Source: Candidatus Shapirobacteria bacterium (lineage in GTDB: Bacteria > Patescibacteriota > Microgenomatia > UBA12405). Taken from it: DNA of 64,000 bases. Where the stretch lies: the NCBI GenBank assembly GCA_016188545.1, contig JACPHO010000002.1, positions 13-64,012 on the forward strand, given 5' to 3'. Positions 40,586-49,566 of this stretch are shown in pieces. Numbering within the stretch: position 1 is the first letter of the stretch; the number at the start of each line of letters is the position of its first letter. The notes below the pieces were generated by a model. It saw only the letters and a list, made by a program, of their open reading frames with translations, did not search any database and was not told the DNA's origin. A program made the position numbers and the translations under genes.

Positions 40586-41954
40586 AACTAGAGCCTGGGT
40601 GTACATCCTATCTTATTTGGGGGCGACCCTACTGGTGTCATTAACCTTTTTGGCGGGTAGTTATTTCTGGTTTGCCACTAAAGGAATGAGAAATGATTTG
40701 GATAGTGTGGCGACAGAGATGGTAACTAATAGACTTACTTTTGAGAATAATAATATTAAATTTAAACTAGATAGCGAAGGCAGGACTCTGAGTGGATATC
40801 TTAGGGATGAAAACATGTCAGCAGAGATTATCGACGCGACAGACACAGTTATTGCTGAATATGGTGTTTTTCAAAACGAAGGAGAGTTGGTAAATTATGA
40901 GAGAGATAATCAGAATGAAATATATTCTGAATTGGTGACTAAAGGTGGCGAAAAGTACATGACTTTGACAACTCCGATTCTTTATCAAGGAAATAAGGTC
41001 GGAAGACTAGTATTGGCGATACCAATGTTGATATTGGGACACTTTGGTCAGATTAGCTTATGGATATTATTGGCAGTATTGGTTTTAAGCATGGTTTTAA
41101 GCTGGCCATTATCCCACGAACTAGTAAAAGTAGTATTTAGATCTGTAGATGAATTGGTGAGTGCCATGGAAAAGGTAGAAATTGAAAATCTGAGTGACAA
41201 GATCGAGTACTACGGTAATCAAAATGATGAGGTGGGAGTGTTGGTTAAAACTTACAACAAGCTATTAGACCGACTTGCCGAGGGAGTAGGTAAACAAAAA
41301 TCTTTTATATCAAACGCATCACATGAACTAAAAACTCCTTTGGCACGAATGGTGTCGACCTTGGAAGTGATGAGAATGGATATAAAAGATAAAGAGCAAA
41401 TTAAAAAGATAGAAGAAGTTAGAAATGAGTTGATGCAAATGTCGATAAAGGTTGAGGGACTTCTACTTTTGTCAAAGTATGATCAGGTCGGGAAAAACAT
41501 TAAAAAAGAAAAATTTTCAGCTGAGGAAGTGGTGACTGAGTTAATAAAAAAACATAAAGATGAAATTACTAAGATGAATTTGAAGGTTGAAAACACAGTG
41601 GAATGTGACGGTAAAGTTTATGGAGATAAAATGGGATTTGAGGTAGTAATGTCGAATCTATTGTCAAATGCGATTAAATATAACCGAAATAATGGGACGA
41701 TAAAAATATCGATATTAAAAACAGACGGTACACTGAAGATACAAGTGGCCGATGAAGGAAAAGGTATTGAGAGTAATTACTTTGAAAAAATATTTGAAAG
41801 GTTTTCAAGAGGTGAAAAAAATGAGACGGCTGTTGACGGTTTTGGGGTAGGAATGTCACTGGTTAAACAAATTTGTGATCGAAATAATTGGAGAATAAAA
41901 TACTACCGTGAAGTCACCACGGGAACAAAGGTAGAATTGGCAATTGAAGTATGA
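40563..41954 (+). CDS. Membrane sensor histidine kinase (HAMP-HisKA-HATPase)
   Basis: ASHELKTPL, NLLSNAIKY, DEGKGI and GFGVG motifs. Confidence 0.95.
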   Translation: MQLRGSIKTRAWVYILSYLGATLLVSLTFLAGSYFWFATKGMRNDLDSVATEMVTNRLTFENNNIKFKLDSEGRTLSGYLRDENMSAEIIDATDTVIAEYGVFQNEGELVNYERDNQNEIYSELVTKGGEKYMTLTTPILYQGNKVGRLVLAIPMLILGHFGQISLWILLAVLVLSMVLSWPLSHELVKVVFRSVDELVSAMEKVEIENLSDKIEYYGNQNDEVGVLVKTYNKLLDRLAEGVGKQKSFISNASHELKTPLARMVSTLEVMRMDIKDKEQIKKIEEVRNELMQMSIKVEGLLLLSKYDQVGKNIKKEKFSAEEVVTELIKKHKDEITKMNLKVENTVECDGKVYGDKMGFEVVMSNLLSNAIKYNRNNGTIKISILKTDGTLKIQVADEGKGIESNYFEKIFERFSRGEKNETAVDGFGVGMSLVKQICDRNNWRIKYYREVTTGTKVELAIEV

Positions 41955-42006
41955 TTAAATTGATCAAAGGAGACCGCAAAAATTATTAACATTTGGCGGT
42001 AGAGAT

Positions 42007-42174
42007 ATGACACACGGAGGATGCTGTGATTGTTTTGTTTGTAAGATAGGTAAATTTTTGGGATTAGTCGAACCTTGTGGTGACAACTGCTGTAAAACTG
42101 AAAAACCAAAAGCAAAGAAGGCAACAAAGAAAAAGAACCTGAAGAAAAAAACGGTCACTAAAAAGAAAAAATAA
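42007..42174 (+). CDS. 55-aa Cys-rich protein with a Lys-rich tail (not in the ORF track)
   Basis: MTHGGCCDCFVCKIGKFLGLVEPCGDNCCKTEKPKAKKATKKKNLKKKTVTKKKK. Confidence 0.65.
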   Translation: MTHGGCCDCFVCKIGKFLGLVEPCGDNCCKTEKPKAKKATKKKNLKKKTVTKKKK

Positions 42175-42432
42175 CTATATTTTTCGCTCGACTTTAATAG
42201 TACATTCAGTTAGTAGCGCGGCAAGGGCACCGATAGCAGCCAATGGCGGGGCCAATACTGTTCCAACAACTCCAATAGTGAGTGGTAAGATCAGAATAGT
42301 CTTTCCGGTTTTGTCTTCTATAGAGATCTGACGGATGTTACCTTCGTGAATAATTTGCTTAACTTTTTTTAAAAGATCCTCGCCACTAACTTTGAAAGTT
42401 TCGGTTTTTGGTTTTTTTATCTTGGTGGCCAT
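42175..42432 (-). CDS. DUF4342 family protein
   Basis: KVKQIIHEGNIR...LPLTIGVVG..LAP.LAAIGA motif. Confidence 0.9.
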   Translation of the reverse strand: MATKIKKPKTETFKVSGEDLLKKVKQIIHEGNIRQISIEDKTGKTILILPLTIGVVGTVLAPPLAAIGALAALLTECTIKVERKI

Positions 42433-42578
42433 GACTGATTATACTGGAGAGGACGTGTAACAGATATATATTATTAGTCGATTATGATACATTTGTGCGG
42501 AGAATACGGAAATTATTTGATAATAATTTATACATTTTGTCATATTGACTTCGGGTATTATTTGGGTATAAATCAAGT

Positions 42579-42689
42579 GTGAACATTATTACTCAATGGA
42601 AAACATGGGTGGTGGTAGGAGTGCTGGGGATGGACTGGTTGGTGTGGAAAGATATCGTCGCTACAATCAGTAAAATGGCGGGGAACTGA
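42579..42689 (+). CDS. Possible 36-aa Trp-rich membrane peptide
   Basis: GTG start 6 nt after TTGACT-16-TATAAA; MNIITQWKTWVVVGVLGMDWLVWKDIVATISKMAGN. Confidence 0.4.
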   Translation: MNIITQWKTWVVVGVLGMDWLVWKDIVATISKMAGN

Positions 42690-42705
42690 TTGTATAATGA
42701 AGTGA

Positions 42706-44640
42706 ATGAATATTAGAAGGATATTGTTGTCGACTCTTGCAATAGTAAGTTTTTTATACATCGGGACGAAGGATTTGTGGGCGGCTAACAGCAAATCTTT
42801 TAAAATTACCTCGGCAAATATTGAGGCCATACTAGATATTGACGGATCCATGGAAGTAAGAGAATCAAGGCAATATAGCTTCAACGGGAGCTACACATTT
42901 GCTTATCAATATATAAATAAACGAGGTGGGAAGGGAATAGAAAACAGGAGAAGCGAAGACTATGAGTTAGATAACTTTTCACTATGCGAGGCAACAACTT
43001 GTTATCGCGGACTCCAGCAGGAGGAAATTAGAGCGGCAGATGATAACCGACCTGAAGGAACGTTTTATGTAATCGAAGAGGCTGATAGATACTATGTTAA
43101 GTGGTTTTACCGGAGTAATAGTGGGGTAAAGAATTTTGAGCTGAGATATCGGGTCGCCAACGCAATTACTCAACAAAAAGATACTGCAGAACTGTATTGG
43201 AAATTGATTGGAGATGGGTGGGAAGTAGCGACGAGTAATATGAATGCGAAAATAAAACTACCTCTAGCGGTCGATGGAAATAAGATTAAGGCTTGGGCAC
43301 ACGGACCAATAGGTGGAGTGGTGTCGATTCCGACAAACAGCCTAGTAACAGCAGCGGTGAATAGATTGCCTACAAAAACATTTTTTGAGATCCGAGTGTT
43401 GATGCCCAAAGAGACTTTTTATAAAGGAGTTAAAGGGACGATAACCACAGGTGAGATAGAGGCACAAGAAAAAAAATACATTGAGGACACAATTGCTGAT
43501 CAGAAAAGGAAAGAGATGGGAGCGCAAGCAGCGGTAGCTGGAGTGGTACTACTGACACTGTGGGCGGTGGTTAGGTTTGTAAGAAGGTTAGGACAATTTT
43601 TGAAAAATGGTTTGGAACTAAAAATGCCTAGAGTGAATCTGGCGGACAGAATTTGGGAACCGCCAAGCAATATTGACCCGGCACAAGTAGAACAGCTACT
43701 AAAAGCGGAAAAGACACTTACTCCGAAATCATTTACGGCGACGATTTTGTCACTAGTGCAACACAGAGTTTACAGGCTAACCAGAAGTGATCAAAAAATA
43801 GGTTTTTTGATATTTAAGAAATATGAATATTATCTGGAAAAACAGGTAAATGAGAAGTATGTACCATCAGGAATTGAACAAAAAACAATTGAATACCTTG
43901 ATAAAGTAGGGACGGGGAAAATTGGACTTTCTGACGTTGTTAAATACGCCAGAACCAGAAGAACAACCAGTTACAACTTCTTTAAATCCTTTGAAAAAAC
44001 GGCGCTAAGAGAGAATCTCGAAGAAGGTTATTTTGACAAGAAAGCTCATTTTTTGGTCAACAATTATGGTGGTGAGGTCGGCAACGGACTGACTTTGTTT
44101 CTAGTATTCATGGCGATACCGTTTACATCTCCGCTGCTAACAAATTCACCATGGTTTTTGATAGCTGAAATAGCATGTGTACCAATAATGGTGGTGATAA
44201 TGGCAATAAGGGGCTACATGAAGAAGTATGGTGAGAAGAGAACTGAGAAAGGGAGTGAAGAGGCAGCAAAATGGATGGCCTTTGAAAAACATATGAGTGA
44301 CTATCGGCAGACCCAAAAGTACCCGATTGATTCGATTGTCCTCTGGGAAAAATATTTGGTATATGGAACAGTGCTGGGAGTATCGATGAAAACGTTGTCA
44401 CAACTACCAGTAAAATTTAGCGCTGAAGACGCCATTTTGGGAACTACTTATTGGGGAGGGGGGCACTTTTCAGGAACCGATGGAGTTTTTGGAGGTGATT
44501 TTGGTTCTTTTTCACAAGCAATGAACTCAATTGCTTCGACTGCGAGTGCCAGTTATGGGGCCAGTGGAACAGGTTCGTCAGGTGGTGCATCGGGTGGAGG
44601 TGGCGGTGGAGGCGGAGGTGGCGGTGGAGGAGCAGGCTAA
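42706..44640 (+). CDS. DUF2207 family membrane protein with a Gly-rich C-terminal tail
   Basis: DGSMEVRE, ELYWKLIG..W, WEKYLVYG..LGV and GGGGGGGGAG end. Confidence 0.9.
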   Translation: MNIRRILLSTLAIVSFLYIGTKDLWAANSKSFKITSANIEAILDIDGSMEVRESRQYSFNGSYTFAYQYINKRGGKGIENRRSEDYELDNFSLCEATTCYRGLQQEEIRAADDNRPEGTFYVIEEADRYYVKWFYRSNSGVKNFELRYRVANAITQQKDTAELYWKLIGDGWEVATSNMNAKIKLPLAVDGNKIKAWAHGPIGGVVSIPTNSLVTAAVNRLPTKTFFEIRVLMPKETFYKGVKGTITTGEIEAQEKKYIEDTIADQKRKEMGAQAAVAGVVLLTLWAVVRFVRRLGQFLKNGLELKMPRVNLADRIWEPPSNIDPAQVEQLLKAEKTLTPKSFTATILSLVQHRVYRLTRSDQKIGFLIFKKYEYYLEKQVNEKYVPSGIEQKTIEYLDKVGTGKIGLSDVVKYARTRRTTSYNFFKSFEKTALRENLEEGYFDKKAHFLVNNYGGEVGNGLTLFLVFMAIPFTSPLLTNSPWFLIAEIACVPIMVVIMAIRGYMKKYGEKRTEKGSEEAAKWMAFEKHMSDYRQTQKYPIDSIVLWEKYLVYGTVLGVSMKTLSQLPVKFSAEDAILGTTYWGGGHFSGTDGVFGGDFGSFSQAMNSIASTASASYGASGTGSSGGASGGGGGGGGGGGGGAG

Positions 44641-44645
44641 AAAAT

Positions 44646-45172
44646 ATGATTAACCTACTTGATATACACCAGAAAAAGATGGAGGTATTCGAGAAAACGG
44701 GTATAGGAAATTGGTGTGATTGGCTGGAAAAGAGAACATGGATACGGCCAAACCATATTACAGTAGTGAACTTGATGGTGGGGTGGGCGGCAACTATGAG
44801 TTTGTTTAATGACGTCGGTCAGACATCAGGACTAATTATACTAATGATGATGCTGGACGGGTTTGATGGATACTACGCGGTGAGAAATAACTTGAAAACA
44901 AAGATGGGTGAGGTATTGGATCATGGGGGGGGATATATGGCGATAGGAGTGGCAATGTTGTTGAAAAGCTATTGGCACTACGGTGAGTGGTGGATAGAAT
45001 ACTGATACTTAAAAATGGGTGGCAAGAAATTAAATTCCCGGAACGGGATTTTATCTATTTGTACATTTTTGGCTGGTATTGGGAGGGGTTAATAGTCCAA
45101 TTGATATTACAGCCGATGATTTTGGGGTACTTTTTATATAATCGGATGCGTGGTGCTAGAATTAGTAATTAG
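44646..45172 (+). pseudogene. Degenerate CDP-alcohol phosphatidyltransferase
   Basis: PNHIT and DGFDG..A.......G..LDH are present, but the final Asp is lost at a G8 run and the frame is broken near 45000. Confidence 0.65.
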
Positions 45173-45186
45173 TTATTTGAAATAAA

Positions 45187-45735
45187 ATGAACAAAAAGTA
45201 TTTGATACTAGCGGCTACCCTACTAATACTGGGCGGATGTACTAAGCAGGGAGTGGTTTCTAATGTGGTTGATAAAGTTGAACAAAAAAAAGAAGAGGCT
45301 AAGAAATCAATTAAGGACCTAGTGGCGTCCGGAGTAAGTCAAAAGTGTTCTTGGAAGTCGGATGTTGATGGTACAACATCAGAAGGACAAATGTGGATAT
45401 CTGGCAAGAAGTTTAAACAAGAAATAACCACAGAATTGGCAGAAACAAATGTTGAAACTAAAGCTACAGTAGTATCCGATGGTAGCTACACATATATGTG
45501 GAACAGCGAAATGGGTAAGAAGGGAATTAAGATGGCCATAAAGGATGATGAAACTCAGGACTATAGTGCTGAAAACGGGAAGGTTGATTGGAACAAAGAG
45601 TTCCAATTTGAATGTAACCCGAGTACAGTCAGCGACAGTGAGTTGGCACCTCCCACCGATGTTGATTTCCAAGACCTGGGGGTGCAACTGGAACAACTCC
45701 AGCAACTACAGGAGAAATACGGGCAAGGCGAGTAA
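45187..45735 (+). CDS. Lipoprotein
   Basis: Lipobox LGGC after a hydrophobic signal peptide. Confidence 0.8.
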   Translation: MNKKYLILAATLLILGGCTKQGVVSNVVDKVEQKKEEAKKSIKDLVASGVSQKCSWKSDVDGTTSEGQMWISGKKFKQEITTELAETNVETKATVVSDGSYTYMWNSEMGKKGIKMAIKDDETQDYSAENGKVDWNKEFQFECNPSTVSDSELAPPTDVDFQDLGVQLEQLQQLQEKYGQGE

Positions 45736-45741
45736 TAAATA

Positions 45742-46320
45742 ATGGACGTTACTAACAGACAGGAAAAGTTGGATAGAGTTATCGGGCAAAGGCGTGAGGG
45801 GGTGATGGTGTTGCAAGATATTCATGACCCACATAATGCGGCTGCTGTGTGGAGGAGCATTGACGCTTTTGGGTGGCAAAAAGTATATTTGATTTTTGAA
45901 CAAGAAGAAGTGTTTAATCCTAAAAAAATGGGACGAGAGTCGTCGGCTTCGGCTAATAAATGGTTGGATTTTAAGGTGTTTAAGTCGACCAGAGAATGCA
46001 TAGAGGAATTACATCGTGAAGGATATGGCCTATGGGCGACAGTGCTTGATAGGGAGGCTAGTGAAATTTATGAGTCAAAATTTGAGGATAAAAAAATTGC
46101 GATAATGTTGGGAAATGAGCATCGGGGGTTAACAGAAGAAGCGGTGAAACTAGCTGATAGGAAGGTGTACATACCAATGAGAGGAATGGTTCAGAGCCTT
46201 AATTTATCGGTAAGTGCAGCGATATGCTTATATGAAGTTGAGAGACAAAGAGAAGAAAGTGACGGGGAGTTTGGACTAAGCGATGTGGAAAAAATAGATC
46301 TGGAAAAAAGGTGGAGATAA
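45742..46320 (+). CDS. trmH: SPOUT tRNA (Gm18) methyltransferase, TrmH-like
   Basis: DPHNAAAVWRS, GNEHRG and IPMRGMVQSLNLSV motifs. Confidence 0.88.
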   Translation: MDVTNRQEKLDRVIGQRREGVMVLQDIHDPHNAAAVWRSIDAFGWQKVYLIFEQEEVFNPKKMGRESSASANKWLDFKVFKSTRECIEELHREGYGLWATVLDREASEIYESKFEDKKIAIMLGNEHRGLTEEAVKLADRKVYIPMRGMVQSLNLSVSAAICLYEVERQREESDGEFGLSDVEKIDLEKRWR

Positions 46321-46321
46321 T

Positions 46322-46948
46322 TCACTTGGCTTTTGAGATGGGGGAGAAGGAAAACCGATGAATGGGACATGGTCCATATTTTTTGATCGCTTCAAGGTGG
46401 GTTTTGGTGCCATAGCCTTTGTGGGCAGAAAAACCATAGTCTGGAAAATCTTTGTCGCACTGATCCATTTGTTGATCCCGGTCGACTTTGGCGACAATAG
46501 AGGCACTGGCAATGCTAAAACATTTTTGGTCACCTTTAATTATTGATTGCGTGTTAATAAGTTTATTAACATTATAGTTGCCATCAATAAGGCAATAATC
46601 AAAATTAGTACGATAGAACTTTAGAGCTTTGGTAATTAAAGAATAGATACAAATAGCTATCCCCTGTTTGTCTATTTCGACTGAGGTAGAAGAAAAAGTT
46701 GTAAATCGGTGACCTGAATTAAGAAAATGTTCGTGGATTTTTTGGCGTTTTTGAGCAGAAAGTAATTTGGAATCACGAACCCCAAGATTGATGAATTCCT
46801 GAGGATCAAATGTATGAAGATCAAGCAGAAAGGCACCGATGGTTACCGATCCAGCAAAAGGTCCCCTACCAACCTCATCGATACCTAGCAGATAGCGACA
46901 GTCAGATGGAAGTTGTGATTTTTCAAACTTAAAATCAGGAAGATTCAC
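46322..46948 (-). CDS. rnhB: Ribonuclease HII
   Basis: GIDEVGRGP, DSKLL, IDGN, ASIVAKV.RD and HKGYGT motifs. Confidence 0.96.
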   Translation of the reverse strand: MNLPDFKFEKSQLPSDCRYLLGIDEVGRGPFAGSVTIGAFLLDLHTFDPQEFINLGVRDSKLLSAQKRQKIHEHFLNSGHRFTTFSSTSVEIDKQGIAICIYSLITKALKFYRTNFDYCLIDGNYNVNKLINTQSIIKGDQKCFSIASASIVAKVDRDQQMDQCDKDFPDYGFSAHKGYGTKTHLEAIKKYGPCPIHRFSFSPISKAK

Positions 46949-47005
46949 GAGTAGAATTAATTAGTTATTAATTCAAATTATATATGGCGGTTACTAAGAC
47001 TGGAG

Positions 47006-47038
47006 CCCGCCGTCGCCATGCTACGGCGGGTAAATCGG
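47006..47038 (+). repeat. REP-like palindrome, same family as 10663-10763
   Basis: CCCGCCGTCGC CAT GCTACGGCGGG TAAATCGG. Confidence 0.75.
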
Positions 47039-47089
47039 TGGTGGAACACTAGTTTGCTGTGGAAAAGAGATGGTACTTAAGGCAGAATA

Positions 47090-47138
47090 GTTGTTTCGCC
47101 CGAAGGCTCATCAGGTCCGATAGATTTCGGACTACAAC
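47090..47138 (-). ncRNA. Type III hammerhead ribozyme
   Basis: GUUGU-A | GUCCGA aaucua UCGGAC | CUGAUGA | GCC uucg GGC | GAA-ACAAC: all core nucleotides and three perfect stems; predicted cleavage after GUA, between 47133 and 47132. Confidence 0.9.
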
Positions 47139-47141
47139 ATC

Positions 47142-47203
47142 TTCTAGGCTCGCGAATGGGGTCAGGCTGCTGCCTGACCCCAGAAGTTTCGCGATACCCA
47201 GAA
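47142..47203 (-). ncRNA. 62-nt rod-like hairpin immediately 5' of the hammerhead
   Basis: UUCUGGGU-A-UCGCGAA-acuuc-UGGGGUCAGGC agca GCCUGACCCCA-UUCGCGA-GCCUAGAA. Confidence 0.6.
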
Positions 47204-47336
47204 GGGAATTCAAGGTATATATAAAGCCATACATTTATAACAACTCCGAGTCGGTTTTTTATGTCCACAAGCACTGAGGCTGGACTAGATGGGAGTCGGG
47301 AATGTTCCCCTATGGCGTTGTGGGGAATAGGATAAA

Positions 47337-48098
47337 TTACTTGGCTTCGGAAGTGCCCATGTACTTGGCAACCAAGTCAGAAGCGGAAGGTGTTTCGACT
47401 TCTGTGCCCAAAGCGCGGAGCTTGGCATCTGCACGACGGCGAGCGATCTTGAGATTCGCTTCATCTTCGTAAGTCTTTGCTTCGGCTTCTGCGTTCTGAA
47501 GAATCTCTTCAGCCTTCTGCTGATTGCGCTGACTGCCAGCTTCATCGAGATCGGCGATGATACGGTAGATTTCCTTGCCGGAAGAAGCACTGGCAGCGCG
47601 AGAACGGGCTTCTGCGAGCTTGGACTTGCGGACCTTGATCTCAGTGTCGAGGGCGTCAATGTCAATATCGAGTTTCTTGACACGAGCGTCGGCAGCCTCA
47701 TAACGAGTCCGAATTTCAGCCGAGTCTTCCTGAGCAGTCTGCATCTTTTCAACAGCTTCCTTCACGGATGCTTCGTCACCCAACTTACCGGCACGTTTTG
47801 CGGCGCGGTCCATGGTGGAGATTTCGTCATCGAAGGGTTTCAACTGTTCAAGAGCGAGATTGCGGGCGGTTTTCAGCTCAAGCAGATGGGTTTCCGATCT
47901 GGACTTGGCGAGTTCTGCCGCTGCAACTGCTGCTTCTTGACGGGCGACAGCGGAGTCGAGCTTGCGGATGACGACACTGCGCATGTGAAAAAGACGGACG
48001 CGAATGACATCAGCGAGGGCATCCGGGCTGGCAAAAAGCCAAATGACGAACAGGGCAGCGAGAATGATCTGGACGGTGGGATTCATTAGGTATTGCAT
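47337..48098 (-). CDS. pspA: PspA/IM30 (ESCRT-III-like) family protein with a hydrophobic N-terminal segment
   Basis: All-helical Ala/Glu/Lys coiled coil; RAAKRAGKLGDE, KLAEARSRAASA and EAEAKTYED match PspA patterns; SD GGAG. Confidence 0.75.
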   Translation of the reverse strand: MQYLMNPTVQIILAALFVIWLFASPDALADVIRVRLFHMRSVVIRKLDSAVARQEAAVAAAELAKSRSETHLLELKTARNLALEQLKPFDDEISTMDRAAKRAGKLGDEASVKEAVEKMQTAQEDSAEIRTRYEAADARVKKLDIDIDALDTEIKVRKSKLAEARSRAASASSGKEIYRIIADLDEAGSQRNQQKAEEILQNAEAEAKTYEDEANLKIARRRADAKLRALGTEVETPSASDLVAKYMGTSEAK

Positions 48099-48170
48099 TT
48101 TTTCATCTCCAAAAGTTAGTTTATTTGACGATATGACATTACGACACAGAGAACTGTTTTGTTGACCTCC

Positions 48171-48761
48171 TTATGATCCGACTCTGAGAATGATGGCAAC
48201 CGCGACGAACTTGACGACGGCAACCAAGATGGCATGCGAGTCATTGTCCTTTTCAACCATCCATTCATTGAACTTGTCGAGACTGCGGATGCCTGAAAGA
48301 TAGGCAATGATGAAGGTGATGATGTCACCAATCATCTCGCCGACGGCGCCGCGAGTCAGGACAGCAAAGATGAACATGTCGGGGGTTGAGGCATCTAACA
48401 CCGTAGCAACTTGCCAGCCGGAAAGCAAAATCCCCGCGAGAATGATCACGTGGGAATTGTTGCGTGCGGCATCGAGCTGACCACGAAGTGTAATGGCACC
48501 CCTTCGGTTCCAGGGCCAGCGAAGCAGCGGGGTATCCATGACATGTTCGAAAGAGATGAAAGTCATGATCAACACATAAGCGACGAAGACCCCACCGCGA
48601 ACCTTGAGACCAATGAGAAATCCTTTGGTCAGGAACGCGAAGAGATCATTGATGGACTGTCCGCTGGGAGCGAAAAAGTACAAACCAGCAGCGAATGCAA
48701 GCGAAAGCAACACAAACTTGAGAAGTAGGTATGCCTTGCCGGAAATTCCGTTTTGTTCCAT
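48171..48761 (-). CDS. Membrane protein, DUF350/YjfL-like (start MEQNG with SD GGAG)
   Basis: Duplicated helical-hairpin units ending RNNSHVIILAGILL and KDNDSHAILVAV..VAVAII. Confidence 0.6.
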   Translation of the reverse strand: MEQNGISGKAYLLLKFVLLSLAFAAGLYFFAPSGQSINDLFAFLTKGFLIGLKVRGGVFVAYVLIMTFISFEHVMDTPLLRWPWNRRGAITLRGQLDAARNNSHVIILAGILLSGWQVATVLDASTPDMFIFAVLTRGAVGEMIGDIITFIIAYLSGIRSLDKFNEWMVEKDNDSHAILVAVVKFVAVAIILRVGS

Positions 48762-48774
48762 GGTTTCTCCAAAC

Positions 48775-49554
48775 TTATGCCATAGCACGGGTCATTTCGC
48801 CAATGAATGGGTCAATCGACTCGCCTAGATAGACTCCTTCGGTCCAGAGATAATCTGTGCCGCTGAAGTGGTTGGTGAATAAGACAGTATTCCCTTGTGG
48901 ATCTTCACCCAAAAGGTACTTGACTTTCATGGCATCTGGGGAGGGTAATGTGCCACCGCGAGTCTCGACTTCAAAGTAGCCGACGTCGACCACAGTGATA
49001 TCAATTCCCAGAGTTTTGAAAGTATAGCTTCGTGCTTCCTGATCGTATGGCGGATGGCTGAATACCTCACCGGCTTTGTTGAAATCTTCGCCTCCTTGCG
49101 GGGAAACGGAGACACGCTTCTTTAGCGTAAAGCCGTAGTAGCCTTCCGGTCGGTGAATGATCATGGTGCCGTTATCAAAAACACGGACAGACCACTCTTC
49201 ACCACGACGGGAATAAATTTGGGTATTGGGGCGGCGATTGAGCCCGTGGAAAATTCCAAACGCGGAGAGAGTCACTTCGATCTTTCGACCTGACTCGCGA
49301 AGCGCAAGTTCCACCATTTCGCCAACACGCAAATCTTCAAAACGATCATTTGCCGGAGCTTCTGCGGGCACACGCTGGTCTTTTAGATCATCACGAAGAT
49401 TTTCCAGTTCTTGTGTTGATTTTGTAGCCGAGCGTATGAATGTCTGCAGGGTATCACGGAAGTTCCGTATTCGTGCAGGATTGGTCAGCAGGAATCCAAT
49501 TCCAATGATGATCAACCCGACGACTCCAGAACCAATACAAAGATTTCCTGACAT
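48775..49554 (-). CDS. N-terminally anchored protein, DUF4178/YjfK-like
   Basis: TM followed by DLRVGEMVEL, EEW and a beta-rich body ending W.EGVYL; context with PspA. Confidence 0.5.
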   Translation of the reverse strand: MSGNLCIGSGVVGLIIIGIGFLLTNPARIRNFRDTLQTFIRSATKSTQELENLRDDLKDQRVPAEAPANDRFEDLRVGEMVELALRESGRKIEVTLSAFGIFHGLNRRPNTQIYSRRGEEWSVRVFDNGTMIIHRPEGYYGFTLKKRVSVSPQGGEDFNKAGEVFSHPPYDQEARSYTFKTLGIDITVVDVGYFEVETRGGTLPSPDAMKVKYLLGEDPQGNTVLFTNHFSGTDYLWTEGVYLGESIDPFIGEMTRAMA

Positions 49555-49566
49555 ATTGTTCCTCTC

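Noticed and set aside
47142..47203. Rod hairpin as SRP (4.5S) RNA
   Set aside because: It has GTCAGG and GCAGC but lacks the GGAA tetraloop and symmetric internal loop of SRP helix 8; the apical stem is perfectly paired.
47245..47260. CCGAGTCGG-TTTTTT resembling a Cas9 tracrRNA 3' end
   Set aside because: The match is only 9 nt, with no anti-repeat, cas gene or CRISPR array in the window.
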